64,000 bases of DNA, from positions 9-64,008 of the forward strand of contig DAMDOU010000003.1 in NCBI GenBank assembly GCA_032083065.1. The letters run 5' to 3'. This document shows positions 44,861 through 54,851 of the stretch, piece by piece. Both the position numbers and the translations under genes were made by a program. Position 1 is the first letter of the stretch, and every line of letters begins with the position of its first letter. This stretch comes from Paenibacillus sp. Its GTDB lineage: Bacteria; Bacillota; Bacilli; Paenibacillales; Paenibacillaceae. The notes beneath the pieces were generated by a model. That model had not been told where the DNA came from. It was given only the letters and a program-made list of their open reading frames with translations, and searched no databases.

Positions 44861-47800
44861 ATGGAACGAATCAAGCGATTTCTAAGAGAGCTATCCGAGC
44901 GGGCCTGGCTGGATTCGCTCGAACTAAGGGGCTGGGATATATCTTCGGCCGTTTACAAGCTGCCGGGCGAATACGAGGATGTTGCCCCTTATCCGCAGGG
45001 CGGGGACTTCGAGCGGTTCCCGAGCCGCCAAGGCACGACATATTTCTTCCGGACCATCTTGCAAATTCCCGCCGAATGGCGGACCGGGTATGTCGGTCTT
45101 GTGTTTGAGTCGGGCGGGGAAGGACTGCTGCGGATCAACGGTAAATCCAGCCAGGGGCTGGATCGGAATCATACGTTCGTGACGCTATCCTTACAGGACT
45201 TGAGCGCTCCACTCGATTTGGAAATCGAGCTGTTCGATCCGGTGCCCGAGCCGATAGATCCATTGAATCAGCAGGCGGTGATTCAGCCGCCGATTACGGC
45301 GATCCGCAGCCAGATTGTCCTGGTCAACCGGCCGGTGCAGAGTTTGCTGTATTCAGCGAAGATCGTCTGCGATTCGGCCGTACTGCTTGGCGAGCAGGAC
45401 TTCCGTCGTACCCGGTTGATCGAGGCGCTTTATCATGCCATGGATGCCTGGGTGGCGATGGACGACGAGTCGATTCGTGAGGGCGGAGGAGTGGCTGCAA
45501 TCGAGCATGAACTGGCCCGGCGGGTCCGCGAAATCGGCGGAAATGCGGAAGGGACGATGCATATGATCGGCCAGTCCCATATCGATATCGCCTGGCTATG
45601 GCCGGCACGGGAAACGGTGCGGAAGACGAGCCGGACATTCTCGACGGTCGACGCGCTGATGAGCGAGTATCCGGAATACCGGTATACACAAAGCCAGCCG
45701 CAGTTGTTTGCTTATTTAAAGGACAACGATCCGGAGTTGTATGAGCGGGTTAAAGCGCGCATCCGTGAAGGGCGCTGGGAACTGGTCGGCGGTATGTGGG
45801 TCGAACCCGATTTGAACCTGCCGAGCGGCGAGTCGCTGATGCGGCAGATGCTATACGGTCAGCGTTTCTATCAGGAGGAGTTTGGCCTTACCTCGCAAAT
45901 CGAATGGCTGCCCGACACGTTCGGGTATTGCGCTTCCCTGCCGCAAATTTTGAAGCACGGCGGCATTTCCTACTTCATGACGACCAAGCTGGGATGGAAC
46001 GATACGAACGTGTTCCCTTACGACTTGTTCTACTGGGTGGGTATTGATGGTACGCGGATGCTCTCCTATCTGAATCACGGCGTCAACGAGAATACGCTGC
46101 CTAAAGACATTCACGATCATTGGCAGTCTTACCGGGAGAAGGCGGTTCATCCGGATCAAATGCTTCTATACGGCCATGGCGACGGCGGGGGTGGCGTTAC
46201 TCGCGAAATGCTGGAGTATATCAACCGCTCCGATTTGATGGTCGGTCAACCGGCCGGCGCGTATGGAACGGCGAGCGATTTCTTTGCCGGCGTGGATGCG
46301 GCAGAACCGGGGCTGCCGGAATGGCGCGGAGATCTGTATCTGGAGCTGCACCGCGGCACCTATACGACCCACGGCCGCAATAAGCGGAACAACCGCAAGG
46401 CGGAATTGCTGTACCGCGAGGCGGAGCTATGGAACACCTTGGCCGGAGCGGCTTCGCCGGGTACGGAACGTGCCGCCAGCCTTCAGTCGCTTCATGATGG
46501 ATGGAAGCTGATTTTGCTGAACCAGTTCCATGACATTATTCCAGGCTCGGCGATTACGGAAGCGTATGAAACCTCGGAGAAGGAATATAAAGAGATTTTC
46601 AGTCTCGGCGATGAGAGTCTGAACGATGGCTTAGCAGCGCTTATTAAGGGGATCGGAATGTCGGGCGAAGGCCAGCCATATATTGTGTTCAACAGTCTCG
46701 GCTGGGCCAGAGATATCATCGTTTTGATCGACAATGGCGGCGGCATCCGGCCTGGAGCGGCCGCGTTTGATGGAGACGGAAACCGCCTGGCTGTCGACCG
46801 GGTCAGCGGGGACGGCGGCGGTGTAGGAGTAGCGGCGGTTCAGGTTCGCGTGCCGAATGTTCCCGCATTCGGCTACAAGATTGTTTGGCTGCAGGGTGGC
46901 CATTTGCAGGCCGAGGAACACGGGGGGCTACCAGCAAGCTGGGATGGCGAAACGTGGGAGACGGAATATTACCGGATCGCCTTTAACGAGCGCGGAGAAA
47001 TCGTCAGCTTGCTGGATAAACAGGCGGACCGGGAGGTAGTGCGGCCGGGAGAGCGGGCCAACCGTTTCTTCTTCTTCCATGACCGTCCGACGCTTTGGGA
47101 CGCTTGGGATATCGATCCCCGGTACAATGAGCAACCTGCCGGCGAGGTGGAATTACTGGAACGGAAGCTGGTGCATCGGGGGGAAGTATCGGATGTGCTG
47201 CGGTTCCGCTGGAGATTGAACCAATCCGAAATTAGCCAGGATCTGATCCTCTATCATCATGACCACAGAATCGACTTTAAGACTAAGGTTGTTTGGAATG
47301 AAGCGCATAAGCTGCTGAAGGTCGGCTTCCCGGTCGATGTAGTGGCGGCGAAGGCTACCTATGAGATCCCTTTCGGCACCGTGGAGCGTCCGACACATCG
47401 CAATACGAGCTGGGAACAGGCCCAGTACGAGGTGTGCGGACATCGCTTTGCGGATGTGTCCGAGCGGGGATATGGCGTCAGCCTGCTGAACGACTGCAAG
47501 TACGGCTATGATGTGCTTGGCAGCACCCTGCGCTTGTCCCTGCTTCGGGCACCAAAATGGCCGGACGTCACCGCGGATTTGGGTGCTCACGAATTTACTT
47601 ATTCACTCTATCCGCATGAAGGAAGCTGGCAGGAAGCCCATACGGTTCGCAAGGCAGCGGAGCTGAACCAGGCGACCGTCGTGATGCCTGCCGGTGCGAA
47701 GCCTGGTATGATGCTGGGCACCCAGCCAGGTCAGCAGTTGAAGAAGCTGTCGGGCACGCATTCGTTTATCGGTTTTACCGGGGAACATGTCATCCTCGAC

Positions 47801-48019
47801 ACGGTGAAGCCTGCAGAGGACGGTAACGGCGTCATTCTGCGGTTGTATGAATCGGCGGGCGGTCGGGAGAATGTGGAAGTGAAATGGAACGGGCCGATTC
47901 AGGAAGCCTTCCTATCCGATGCGTTGGAGAATGAATTACAGCCGTTGGACCATCAAGAAGGCCGAATTGCGTTGTCTTTTTCTCCTTATGAAATCAAGAC
48001 GGTTCGGATTAACGGGTAA
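44861..48019 (+). CDS. Glycoside hydrolase family 38 alpha-mannosidase
   Basis: GQSHIDIAWLWP metal and catalytic N-terminal motif. Its 1052 aa and the conserved FHDIIPGS segment fit GH38. Confidence 0.9.
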   Translation: MERIKRFLRELSERAWLDSLELRGWDISSAVYKLPGEYEDVAPYPQGGDFERFPSRQGTTYFFRTILQIPAEWRTGYVGLVFESGGEGLLRINGKSSQGLDRNHTFVTLSLQDLSAPLDLEIELFDPVPEPIDPLNQQAVIQPPITAIRSQIVLVNRPVQSLLYSAKIVCDSAVLLGEQDFRRTRLIEALYHAMDAWVAMDDESIREGGGVAAIEHELARRVREIGGNAEGTMHMIGQSHIDIAWLWPARETVRKTSRTFSTVDALMSEYPEYRYTQSQPQLFAYLKDNDPELYERVKARIREGRWELVGGMWVEPDLNLPSGESLMRQMLYGQRFYQEEFGLTSQIEWLPDTFGYCASLPQILKHGGISYFMTTKLGWNDTNVFPYDLFYWVGIDGTRMLSYLNHGVNENTLPKDIHDHWQSYREKAVHPDQMLLYGHGDGGGGVTREMLEYINRSDLMVGQPAGAYGTASDFFAGVDAAEPGLPEWRGDLYLELHRGTYTTHGRNKRNNRKAELLYREAELWNTLAGAASPGTERAASLQSLHDGWKLILLNQFHDIIPGSAITEAYETSEKEYKEIFSLGDESLNDGLAALIKGIGMSGEGQPYIVFNSLGWARDIIVLIDNGGGIRPGAAAFDGDGNRLAVDRVSGDGGGVGVAAVQVRVPNVPAFGYKIVWLQGGHLQAEEHGGLPASWDGETWETEYYRIAFNERGEIVSLLDKQADREVVRPGERANRFFFFHDRPTLWDAWDIDPRYNEQPAGEVELLERKLVHRGEVSDVLRFRWRLNQSEISQDLILYHHDHRIDFKTKVVWNEAHKLLKVGFPVDVVAAKATYEIPFGTVERPTHRNTSWEQAQYEVCGHRFADVSERGYGVSLLNDCKYGYDVLGSTLRLSLLRAPKWPDVTADLGAHEFTYSLYPHEGSWQEAHTVRKAAELNQATVVMPAGAKPGMMLGTQPGQQLKKLSGTHSFIGFTGEHVILDTVKPAEDGNGVILRLYESAGGRENVEVKWNGPIQEAFLSDALENELQPLDHQEGRIALSFSPYEIKTVRING

Positions 48020-48057
48020 AGACGCCCGGATACAACTTATGCGAAGGAGCGAGTCAT

Positions 48058-49377
48058 TTGGAACAATTCAGACTGCCGAAAATACCGATGCCGAAGCTTG
48101 CGCTTCCGGCTGCGATTCAAGAGGTGTTGAAGGAAGCGGAGGAGAAGCTGGCGCATCGGCCGAAGTTGCTGCAACTGTTCAAGAACTGTTTTCCGAACAC
48201 GCTGGAAACAACGACAAAACTGATGGACGACGGAACGACGTTCGTTATTACCGGAGATATCCCGGCCTCCTGGCTGCGGGACTCGGTCGAGCAAGTGATC
48301 CATTACGTTCCGTTTGCCGGACAGGATGCTGATCTGCAGCGTATCATCGGGGGCTTGATCAAGCGGCATGTTCAATATATTCATATCGACCCCTACGCCA
48401 ACGCATTCAATGAGTCCGCTAACGATTGGCACTGGAACACGGCCGATGAAACGGAGATGTCGCCATGGGTGTGGGAGCGGAAATTCGAGATCGACTCGCT
48501 CTGCTTCGTCGTTCGCTTGGCCTATGCTTACTGGAAGGAGACTGGGCTTACCGATATTTTCGATGCGGGCTTCAAATCGGCGATGCGGGTGATCTACAAC
48601 GTGTTTAAAACGGAGCAACGTCATTTTGAGCAGTCGCCGTACCGCTTTACCCGCAACAACGGGATTCCGGAGGACTCGCTGCGTAACAGCGGCATGGGGA
48701 TGCCGGTCAATTACACGGGAATGGTCTGGTCGGGCTTCCGTTCCAGCGATGATGCCTGCGACTTCCATTACAACATTCCGGGTAATATGTTCGCGGTCGT
48801 GGCGCTGCGGCAGATGCAGGAATTTGCGGAATGGGTATTCCGCGACACCGGCTTCCTGGCCGAACTCAAGGAGCTGGAATTCGAAATCGACTATGGCATC
48901 AAGCTGTACGGGATTTACCGGCACCCGCAATTCGGTCCGATTTACGCCTACGAAACCGACGGCTTCGGCAATTACTGCCTGATGGACGATGCCGGGACGC
49001 CGGGACTGATGTCCATCCCTTATCTGGGGTATGTGAGCGCAGACGATCACATCTACCAGAATACCCGCCGGTTCGCCTTGAGCAAGGAGAATCCTTTTTA
49101 TTTCGAAGGTAAGGCCGCTAAAGGCATCGGCAGCCCGCATACGCCGAAGGACTACATCTGGCATATGGCGTTGTCCATGCAGGGGATTACCGCGCAAACC
49201 GCAGAGGAGAAGCTGGAAATGATCGCGATGCTGGAAGCAACGGATGCGGACACCGGATTCATGCATGAAGGATTCCATGCGGACGATCCGACCGTTTTTA
49301 CCCGCAAATGGTTCGCTTGGTCGAACAGCTTGTTCTCGCAACTGGTGTACCGGGCGATGCAGGCCGGGATTCTATAG
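48058..49377 (+). CDS. Glycoside hydrolase family 125 (metal-independent exo-alpha-1,6-mannosidase type)
   Basis: FVITGDIPASWLRDS plus a C-terminal WFAWSNSLF match the GH125 (DUF1237) pattern. TTG start 8 nt after AAGGAG. Confidence 0.85.
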   Translation: MEQFRLPKIPMPKLALPAAIQEVLKEAEEKLAHRPKLLQLFKNCFPNTLETTTKLMDDGTTFVITGDIPASWLRDSVEQVIHYVPFAGQDADLQRIIGGLIKRHVQYIHIDPYANAFNESANDWHWNTADETEMSPWVWERKFEIDSLCFVVRLAYAYWKETGLTDIFDAGFKSAMRVIYNVFKTEQRHFEQSPYRFTRNNGIPEDSLRNSGMGMPVNYTGMVWSGFRSSDDACDFHYNIPGNMFAVVALRQMQEFAEWVFRDTGFLAELKELEFEIDYGIKLYGIYRHPQFGPIYAYETDGFGNYCLMDDAGTPGLMSIPYLGYVSADDHIYQNTRRFALSKENPFYFEGKAAKGIGSPHTPKDYIWHMALSMQGITAQTAEEKLEMIAMLEATDADTGFMHEGFHADDPTVFTRKWFAWSNSLFSQLVYRAMQAGIL

Positions 49378-49380
49378 GAC

Positions 49381-49424
49381 GGGATCCCGTAGGATGGGAT
49401 CCCGTAGGATGGGATCCCGTAGGG
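49381..49424. repeat. Tandem 15-mer GGGATCCCGTAGGAT x3
   Basis: Copies at 49381-49395, 49396-49410 and 49411-49424 (the last partial). Each contains the palindrome GGGATCCC. Confidence 0.9.
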
Positions 49425-49467
49425 CCCGGAGCGCCAAACCTGAACCTGTTCCCTGGGCGATTTTCGG

Positions 49468-49655
49468 ATTAACTGTAAAACATACAGTTATTTTTCCAAA
49501 ATCAAGCTGAAAGTTAAAAATAGCTGTAAAAGCTACAGTTAAATTCCCTCCAAATTCCCGTTTCCTCAGGAACAGCTGGAATTAGATGTACCTTTTACAG
49601 TTAAATCTCTTCAACTCGCAATGGGCGAGAAAATAGATGTACTTTTTACAGTTAT
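49468..49655. repeat. Four-hairpin modular element, same family and geometry as 30543-30829
   Basis: TAACTGTA-aaaca-TACAGTTA, GCTGTA-aaagc-TACAG, ATGTA-ccttt-TACAG and ATGTA-ctttt-TACAG. Loop centres at 49480, 49531, 49593 and 49644 give spacing 51/62/51. Confidence 0.7.
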
Positions 49656-49701
49656 TTATCCATTATTTATCCATTATTTACTCGCCGCATGGCCTATCCA
49701 T

Positions 49702-49766
49702 ATCAAGCAATCAAGCAAGCAATCAAACAATCAAACAATCAAGCAATCGAGCATACAACCATACGA
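49702..49766. repeat. Imperfect octamer tandem repeat (ATCAAGCA)n just upstream of the GH130 RBS
   Basis: atcaagca atcaagca (agca) atcaaaca atcaaaca atcaagca atcgagca tacaacca tacgag. It is preceded by about 2.5 copies of an 11-mer (ATTTATCCATT) at about 49654-49682. Confidence 0.8.
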
Positions 49767-49785
49767 GAAAAAGGAGACCAGGAAC

Positions 49786-50772
49786 ATGAGCAAAATTATG
49801 GGTGAAAGCCTGACAAATATGCCTTGGCAGGAGAAGCCTGCCGGTTATAACGGACCGGTGTGGCGCTATTCCGCCAACCCGATCATTGCGCGCGATGCCA
49901 TCCCAAGCTCCAACAGCATATTCAATTCGGCCGTTATTCCGTTCGGAGACGGATTTGCTGGGGTATTCCGCTGCGATTCCAAATCAGTCAGCATGGATAT
50001 TTTTGCCGGATTCAGCGAGGACGGAATCAATTGGAATATCAATCACGAACCGATTGTGTTTCAAGGGGACGAACATGTCATTCAGCGGGAATACCGCTAC
50101 GATCCACGGGTATGCAAAATCGGGGACCGCTATTACATTTCCTGGTGCAATGGTTATCACGGCCCGACGATCGGCCTGGCATATACGACCGACTTCAAAA
50201 CTTTCCACCAACTGGAGAACGCCTTCTTGCCTTACAACCGCAACGGGGTCCTGTTCCCGCGTAAGATCGGTAATCATTATGCCATGCTCAGCCGCCCGAG
50301 CGATACGGGACACACGCCATTCGGCGATATTTTCTATAGCGAAAGCCCGGATCTTACGTTCTGGGGCAAACACCGCTATGTAATGGGTACGATCGACGGG
50401 GATGCTTCCGCATGGCAATCGAAAAAAATCGGTCCGGGACCCATCCCGATCGAAACGGATCAAGGCTGGTTGCTGATTTATCATGGTGTGATCAACACGT
50501 GCAACGGTTTTGTTTACCGCATGGGCTGCGCGCTGCTTGATCTGGATCAGCCGTGGATAGTTAAAGCCCGTTCGCGCAACTATATCCTGGGCCCGGAAAC
50601 ATTGTACGAGTGCGTGGGCGATGTGCCTAACGTGACTTTCCCTTGTGCGGCGCTCACGGATGCGGATACCGGCCGGATCGCCATTTATTATGGCTGTGCC
50701 GATACCGTAACAGGGCTGGCTTTTACGACAGTCGACGAATTGCTTGAGCATATGGAGAAGTATCCGCTGTAA
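49786..50772 (+). CDS. Glycoside hydrolase family 130 (beta-mannoside phosphorylase / hydrolase)
   Basis: [77 protein letters not shown] and NVTFPC are GH130 hallmarks. The ATG at 49786 is 9 nt after AAGGAG. Confidence 0.85.
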   Translation: MSKIMGESLTNMPWQEKPAGYNGPVWRYSANPIIARDAIPSSNSIFNSAVIPFGDGFAGVFRCDSKSVSMDIFAGFSEDGINWNINHEPIVFQGDEHVIQREYRYDPRVCKIGDRYYISWCNGYHGPTIGLAYTTDFKTFHQLENAFLPYNRNGVLFPRKIGNHYAMLSRPSDTGHTPFGDIFYSESPDLTFWGKHRYVMGTIDGDASAWQSKKIGPGPIPIETDQGWLLIYHGVINTCNGFVYRMGCALLDLDQPWIVKARSRNYILGPETLYECVGDVPNVTFPCAALTDADTGRIAIYYGCADTVTGLAFTTVDELLEHMEKYPL

Positions 50773-50823
50773 GCAGACGCAGTCATATAACTAGAATAGG
50801 CAACGAAAGGCGGGGAACACGGC

Positions 50824-53595
50824 ATGGCCAAAAAAAGAACGGCACATCTCATTTCGCATACGCATTGGGACCGCGAATGGTATTTGCCCTATGAGAAGCA
50901 TCATGTCCGGCTCGTTGCGCTCGTTGATGCGCTTTTGGACAAGTTGGACGAGGGTGGGGAATTCAAAAGCTTCTATCTCGACGGACAAACGATCATCCTT
51001 GACGATTACCTCCAGGTCCGTCCCGAGAATAAGGAGCGGCTGGAGAAACATATTCGGAATGGAACCATCCTAATCGGCCCGTGGTATATTTTGCAGGACG
51101 CATTTTTGACGAGCGGCGAAGCGAACATACGCAATATGCAGATCGGGCACCGGGATGCTAAGCGGTACGGGGAACCGGCCAAGATCGGCTACTTCCCCGA
51201 TACATTCGGCCTGGTCGGGCAGACTCCGCAGCTAATGCGGCAATCGGGGATCGGGAACGCCTTTTTCGGCCGTGGCGTGAAACCGACCGGATTCAACAAC
51301 ACCGTGTCGGAAGGTGATTATGAATCTTCCTTCTCCGAGCTGATCTGGGAAGGGCCGGACGGCTCGAAGGTACTCGGTATCCTGTTTGCCAACTGGTATT
51401 CGAACGGCAATGAAGTGCCCGTAGACGAGACGGAAGCTAAGGCGTTCTGGGATCGCAAGCTGGCGGATGCCGAGAAATACGCGTCAACCGGGGAACTGTT
51501 GTTCATGAACGGATGCGACCACCAGCCGGTTCAACTGGACCTGCCGGAGGCGATCGAAACGGCGTCCCGGCTGTATCCGGATACGGAGTTTGTGCATTCC
51601 AACCTGCCGCAGTATTTGCAGTCGCTAGAGGCGGCGTTGGACCGGGATTTATCCTCCGTGAAGGGCGAGCTCCGCAGCCAGCGTACGGATGGATGGGGGA
51701 CGCTCGTCAATACGGCTTCGGCACGGGTGTATTTGAAGCAGATGAACCAGAAAGGACAAGTCTTGCTGGAAAAGGTGGCTGAGCCTTTAGCCTCCATGGC
51801 TCATCTGCTTGGGCAGGATTACCCGCACCACCTGTTTACCTACGCCTGGAAAACGCTGATGCAAAACCACCCGCATGACAGTATCTGCGGCTGCAGCGTG
51901 GATGAGGTGCACCGCGAGATGGTAGCGAGGTTTGGTAAGAGTCGCCATGTTGCCGAGACGATTATCGACGACAGCAAGCAGGTGATTGCCGAAGCGGTCG
52001 ACACATCGGGATTTGCAGCTTATGGCGAAGATCCCTTGCCTTTGATCGCGATGAATACGACGGGTTGGGTGCGTACCGGAGTGATCACTATGGAGCTGGA
52101 TGCCGCCCGCTTATACTTGCGGGAAGGCTTTACGCTGGAAGAGACCGCCCGCCGGATGAAGGATACGGACTTGTCCGGCCGGGTTCTGGTGGACGAGGCC
52201 GGAAACACGGTGGATTGTTTCGTCGAGGATCTCGGACTCTTGTTCGGTTATGATTTGCCGGACGATAAGTTTCGACAACCGTACATGTGTCGCCGGGTAA
52301 GGATTACGTTTCAAGCGGAGAGCGTTCCTGCATTAGGGCTACGCGCCTATGCTTGGATACGCCGGGACAAAGCAACAGTTACAGTTGACGGACAGCCGCC
52401 GTCGGGCAATGTCTCACCGACTGTAGACTCCCTGGTGACGGAACATTATACGATGGAGAATGAATATCTTAAGGTGGAGATCGCCGAGGACGGTTCCTTT
52501 GCGCTGAGTGATAAAACCTCGGGTCGGACCTACCGGGACCTTGGCGTCTACGAAGATACGGGCGACATCGGCAACGAATACATGTACAGACAGCCGGAAG
52601 GCGAACAAGCGCTGACAACCAAAGGCATTGCCGCCCGCATTCGCGTGCTGGAAGATAAGCCTTACCGCGCTTCCGTGGAAATTCGCCATCTGTGGGAAAT
52701 CCCTGCGTCCGCGGACGATACGCTGGATGCGGAGCAGAGGGAACTTGTATATTATCCGGAACGAAAAGCACAGCGCAGTAAACGACTCATCCCGCTGGAG
52801 ATCACCACGGTATTATCGCTCGAAGCAAGCGGAAGAGGACTCCGGATCGAGACGAAGCTGAATAACCAAGCGAAGGATCATCGGCTGCGGATGTTGTTCC
52901 CGACGGATTTGGCCGCAACCACACATCGGGTCGATTCTATGTTCGAGATTGCCGTGCGGGACAATGAGCCGGCTCCCGAATGGAAAAATCCGAGCAACAC
53001 GCAGCATCAACAGAGCTTTGTGGAAATTGGCGATGGCATGGCCGGCTTGGCAGTAGCCAACCTGGGGCTAAACGAGTACGAAGTGTTGCGGGACGGCCGG
53101 AATACCATTGCCGTTACGCTGCTACGCTCCGTCGGCGAGTTGGGCGATTGGGGGCTGTTCCGGACGCCGGAGGCACAGTGTCTGGGAGAGCATACCTTTA
53201 CGATGGAACTCATCCCATATAGCAACGCCAAAGGGAGTGAGGCGTTCGATGCTTATGCTGAGGCTTATCGTTTCCAGATTCCTTGGACGGTTTGCCAGAC
53301 CGGCGTTCACTCCGGACAAATCGCCCCACGGTATACGCCGCTTCGCTGGGAGAGCGCCGAGCTTGCCTTCTCTTCCCTGAAAATGAACGAGGAATCGGGA
53401 GATCTGCTAATTCGTTGGTTCAATATGGGCGGCAAGGATACTGAACTGACCTTTAGCCCGGAAATTCCATCCGAATCTTTGTATAAGACGACGATCCTGG
53501 AGGAACCGGCAGCTTCTTTGCCCGGCAATACCGCCGGCGGGCTATCCCTGCCCGTAGGTCCTTGTGAGATTGTGACGATCGGACTCCGCAAATAA
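50824..53595 (+). CDS. Glycoside hydrolase family 38 alpha-mannosidase (MngB-like subgroup)
   Basis: HLISHTHWDREWYLPYE N-terminal motif and HPHDSICGCS. 923 aa. Confidence 0.9.
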   Translation: MAKKRTAHLISHTHWDREWYLPYEKHHVRLVALVDALLDKLDEGGEFKSFYLDGQTIILDDYLQVRPENKERLEKHIRNGTILIGPWYILQDAFLTSGEANIRNMQIGHRDAKRYGEPAKIGYFPDTFGLVGQTPQLMRQSGIGNAFFGRGVKPTGFNNTVSEGDYESSFSELIWEGPDGSKVLGILFANWYSNGNEVPVDETEAKAFWDRKLADAEKYASTGELLFMNGCDHQPVQLDLPEAIETASRLYPDTEFVHSNLPQYLQSLEAALDRDLSSVKGELRSQRTDGWGTLVNTASARVYLKQMNQKGQVLLEKVAEPLASMAHLLGQDYPHHLFTYAWKTLMQNHPHDSICGCSVDEVHREMVARFGKSRHVAETIIDDSKQVIAEAVDTSGFAAYGEDPLPLIAMNTTGWVRTGVITMELDAARLYLREGFTLEETARRMKDTDLSGRVLVDEAGNTVDCFVEDLGLLFGYDLPDDKFRQPYMCRRVRITFQAESVPALGLRAYAWIRRDKATVTVDGQPPSGNVSPTVDSLVTEHYTMENEYLKVEIAEDGSFALSDKTSGRTYRDLGVYEDTGDIGNEYMYRQPEGEQALTTKGIAARIRVLEDKPYRASVEIRHLWEIPASADDTLDAEQRELVYYPERKAQRSKRLIPLEITTVLSLEASGRGLRIETKLNNQAKDHRLRMLFPTDLAATTHRVDSMFEIAVRDNEPAPEWKNPSNTQHQQSFVEIGDGMAGLAVANLGLNEYEVLRDGRNTIAVTLLRSVGELGDWGLFRTPEAQCLGEHTFTMELIPYSNAKGSEAFDAYAEAYRFQIPWTVCQTGVHSGQIAPRYTPLRWESAELAFSSLKMNEESGDLLIRWFNMGGKDTELTFSPEIPSESLYKTTILEEPAASLPGNTAGGLSLPVGPCEIVTIGLRK

Positions 53596-53631
53596 AGCAG
53601 GTGTACTTCGCTTTGGAAGCCTGAAAAAATC

Positions 53632-53677
53632 AAAAAGGTACCGTAGCTTCACATTGTGAGGAGACGGTACCTTTTTT
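53632..53677 (+). terminator. Strong terminator closing the mannoside locus
   Basis: AAAAAGGTACCGT, a 19-nt loop, ACGGTACCTTTTTT. Confidence 0.85.
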
Positions 53678-53772
53678 GCGTCAATCGAGCATGGTGGATG
53701 CAACTATTATGTCTAAACTAGCGTTAATATAGGACAGGATACATATTTTAACAAAGAGGTGACTATCCATTT

Positions 53773-54579
53773 ATGAAAAAATTAATGCTAATTATACTTG
53801 GTATCATTATATTGATAGGTACGAACACAAATGAAGCCTCGGCCGGTTCCCTTCCCGAAAGTTCCAAAGTCCATTTGAAAGTCGGGCCTTATTTTGTTCT
53901 ATACACCAAGCCCGTAGCCCCGCTAGTTGACCAAAATCATCGTCTGCTTGTTCCGCTTCGTTCCATTGAGGATCTGTTTGGAGGCAAGGTTAAATACGAT
54001 TCTTCGATCAAGACAGCAAGTCTGAGTTGGCTGGGTCATGACTTCCAATTTTCAATTGGATCCAAGGATGCGAAAGTGGATAACCAAACAATTTCCATGG
54101 ATACAACCCCTGTACTAAAGCAGGGGGCGATGATGCTTCCCCTTCGTATCTTCTTAGATCAAACAGATATGGAGTACCACTGGGATAAGGAGCTGCAAGT
54201 ACTCGTTATAGATGATGACCGAGTTATTGTTGGGGAACCATTTAAAGACTTTGCGGGAAATGACTTATATAGCCAAAATGTAGATGGTGCATTCCGGATC
54301 GACAACTACACCCTATCTTCCGGTAAGAATCAAACCTTCAAACTAGCAATTACCGCCACTAATATTACTGACGATGATATTCCCGAAGGAAGATCAGATA
54401 TTCACCCACTTGTTTCTTTCGGGGCCAGCTATGGGGGCTTTTCGACGGATTCGTACAGCCGGCCTTTTTACCCGGCTCTTCCAAGTGTCGGTAAGGGGGA
54501 AGAAGTGGTTGTAACTCAATCGTACCCGTTAGTTGACGTAGATTATATTATTACAGTGGCAAGATTGTTTTCTGAATAA
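53773..54579 (+). CDS. Secreted protein with copper-amine-oxidase-N ('stalk') domain
   Basis: Signal peptide MKKLMLIILGIIILIGTNTNEASA. CuAO-N-like segment (RLLVPLRSIEDLFGGKVKYD...GAMMLPLRIFLDQTDMEYHWD). Confidence 0.75.
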   Translation: MKKLMLIILGIIILIGTNTNEASAGSLPESSKVHLKVGPYFVLYTKPVAPLVDQNHRLLVPLRSIEDLFGGKVKYDSSIKTASLSWLGHDFQFSIGSKDAKVDNQTISMDTTPVLKQGAMMLPLRIFLDQTDMEYHWDKELQVLVIDDDRVIVGEPFKDFAGNDLYSQNVDGAFRIDNYTLSSGKNQTFKLAITATNITDDDIPEGRSDIHPLVSFGASYGGFSTDSYSRPFYPALPSVGKGEEVVVTQSYPLVDVDYIITVARLFSE

Positions 54580-54600
54580 GTGATGGTCTGCCTGGTTTAA

Positions 54601-54651
54601 AAAGGGGGTGTCCCAAAAGTCATCAGTAGATGGCCGATGGGACACCTTTTT
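54601..54651. terminator. Bidirectional terminator
   Basis: AAAGGGGGTGTCCCA...TGGGACACCTTTTT. T-runs follow the stem on both strands. Confidence 0.8.
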
Positions 54652-54668
54652 ATATGACAGCTTGTCGG

Positions 54669-54851
54669 TAACGAATCTATGTATCCTTATTTGGGTGATT
54701 TAGGCTCTAGCTATAAACTAACGAATTTGAGCAACGCTATTTCATGAAATTGAGCGTGTAGAGTGTGAATTCGCTCCTAATAGCGTGTTTGAGATTCGTT
54801 ACAATTTCATAGTACCGTATTCAGCCCAAATAAGGTTTGTCAGATTCGTTA
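54669..54851. repeat. Intergenic inverted-repeat cluster (two direct plus two inverted TAACGAAT-type modules)
   Basis: TAACGAAT at 54669 and 54719. ATTCGTTA at 54794 and 54844. Arms 54719-54741 and 54779-54801 are inverted copies. CCTTATTTGGG (54685) pairs with CCCAAATAAGG (54825). Confidence 0.6.

Noticed and set aside
48037-49341. A 434-aa ORF on the minus strand, almost co-extensive with the GH125 gene.
   Set aside because: The plus-strand product has clear GH125 motifs (TGDIPASWLRDS) and an RBS. The antisense product is R/H/Q/V-rich low-information sequence with no RBS or recognisable domain. This is a typical shadow ORF of a codon-biased gene.
49621-49785. The N-terminal 55 aa of the ORF-track GH130 protein (MGEKIDVLF...[17 protein letters not shown]...).
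   Set aside because: This stretch reads through hairpin modules and the octamer tandem repeat and has no RBS. GH130 homology begins at MSKIMGESL, whose ATG at 49786 follows AAGGAG.
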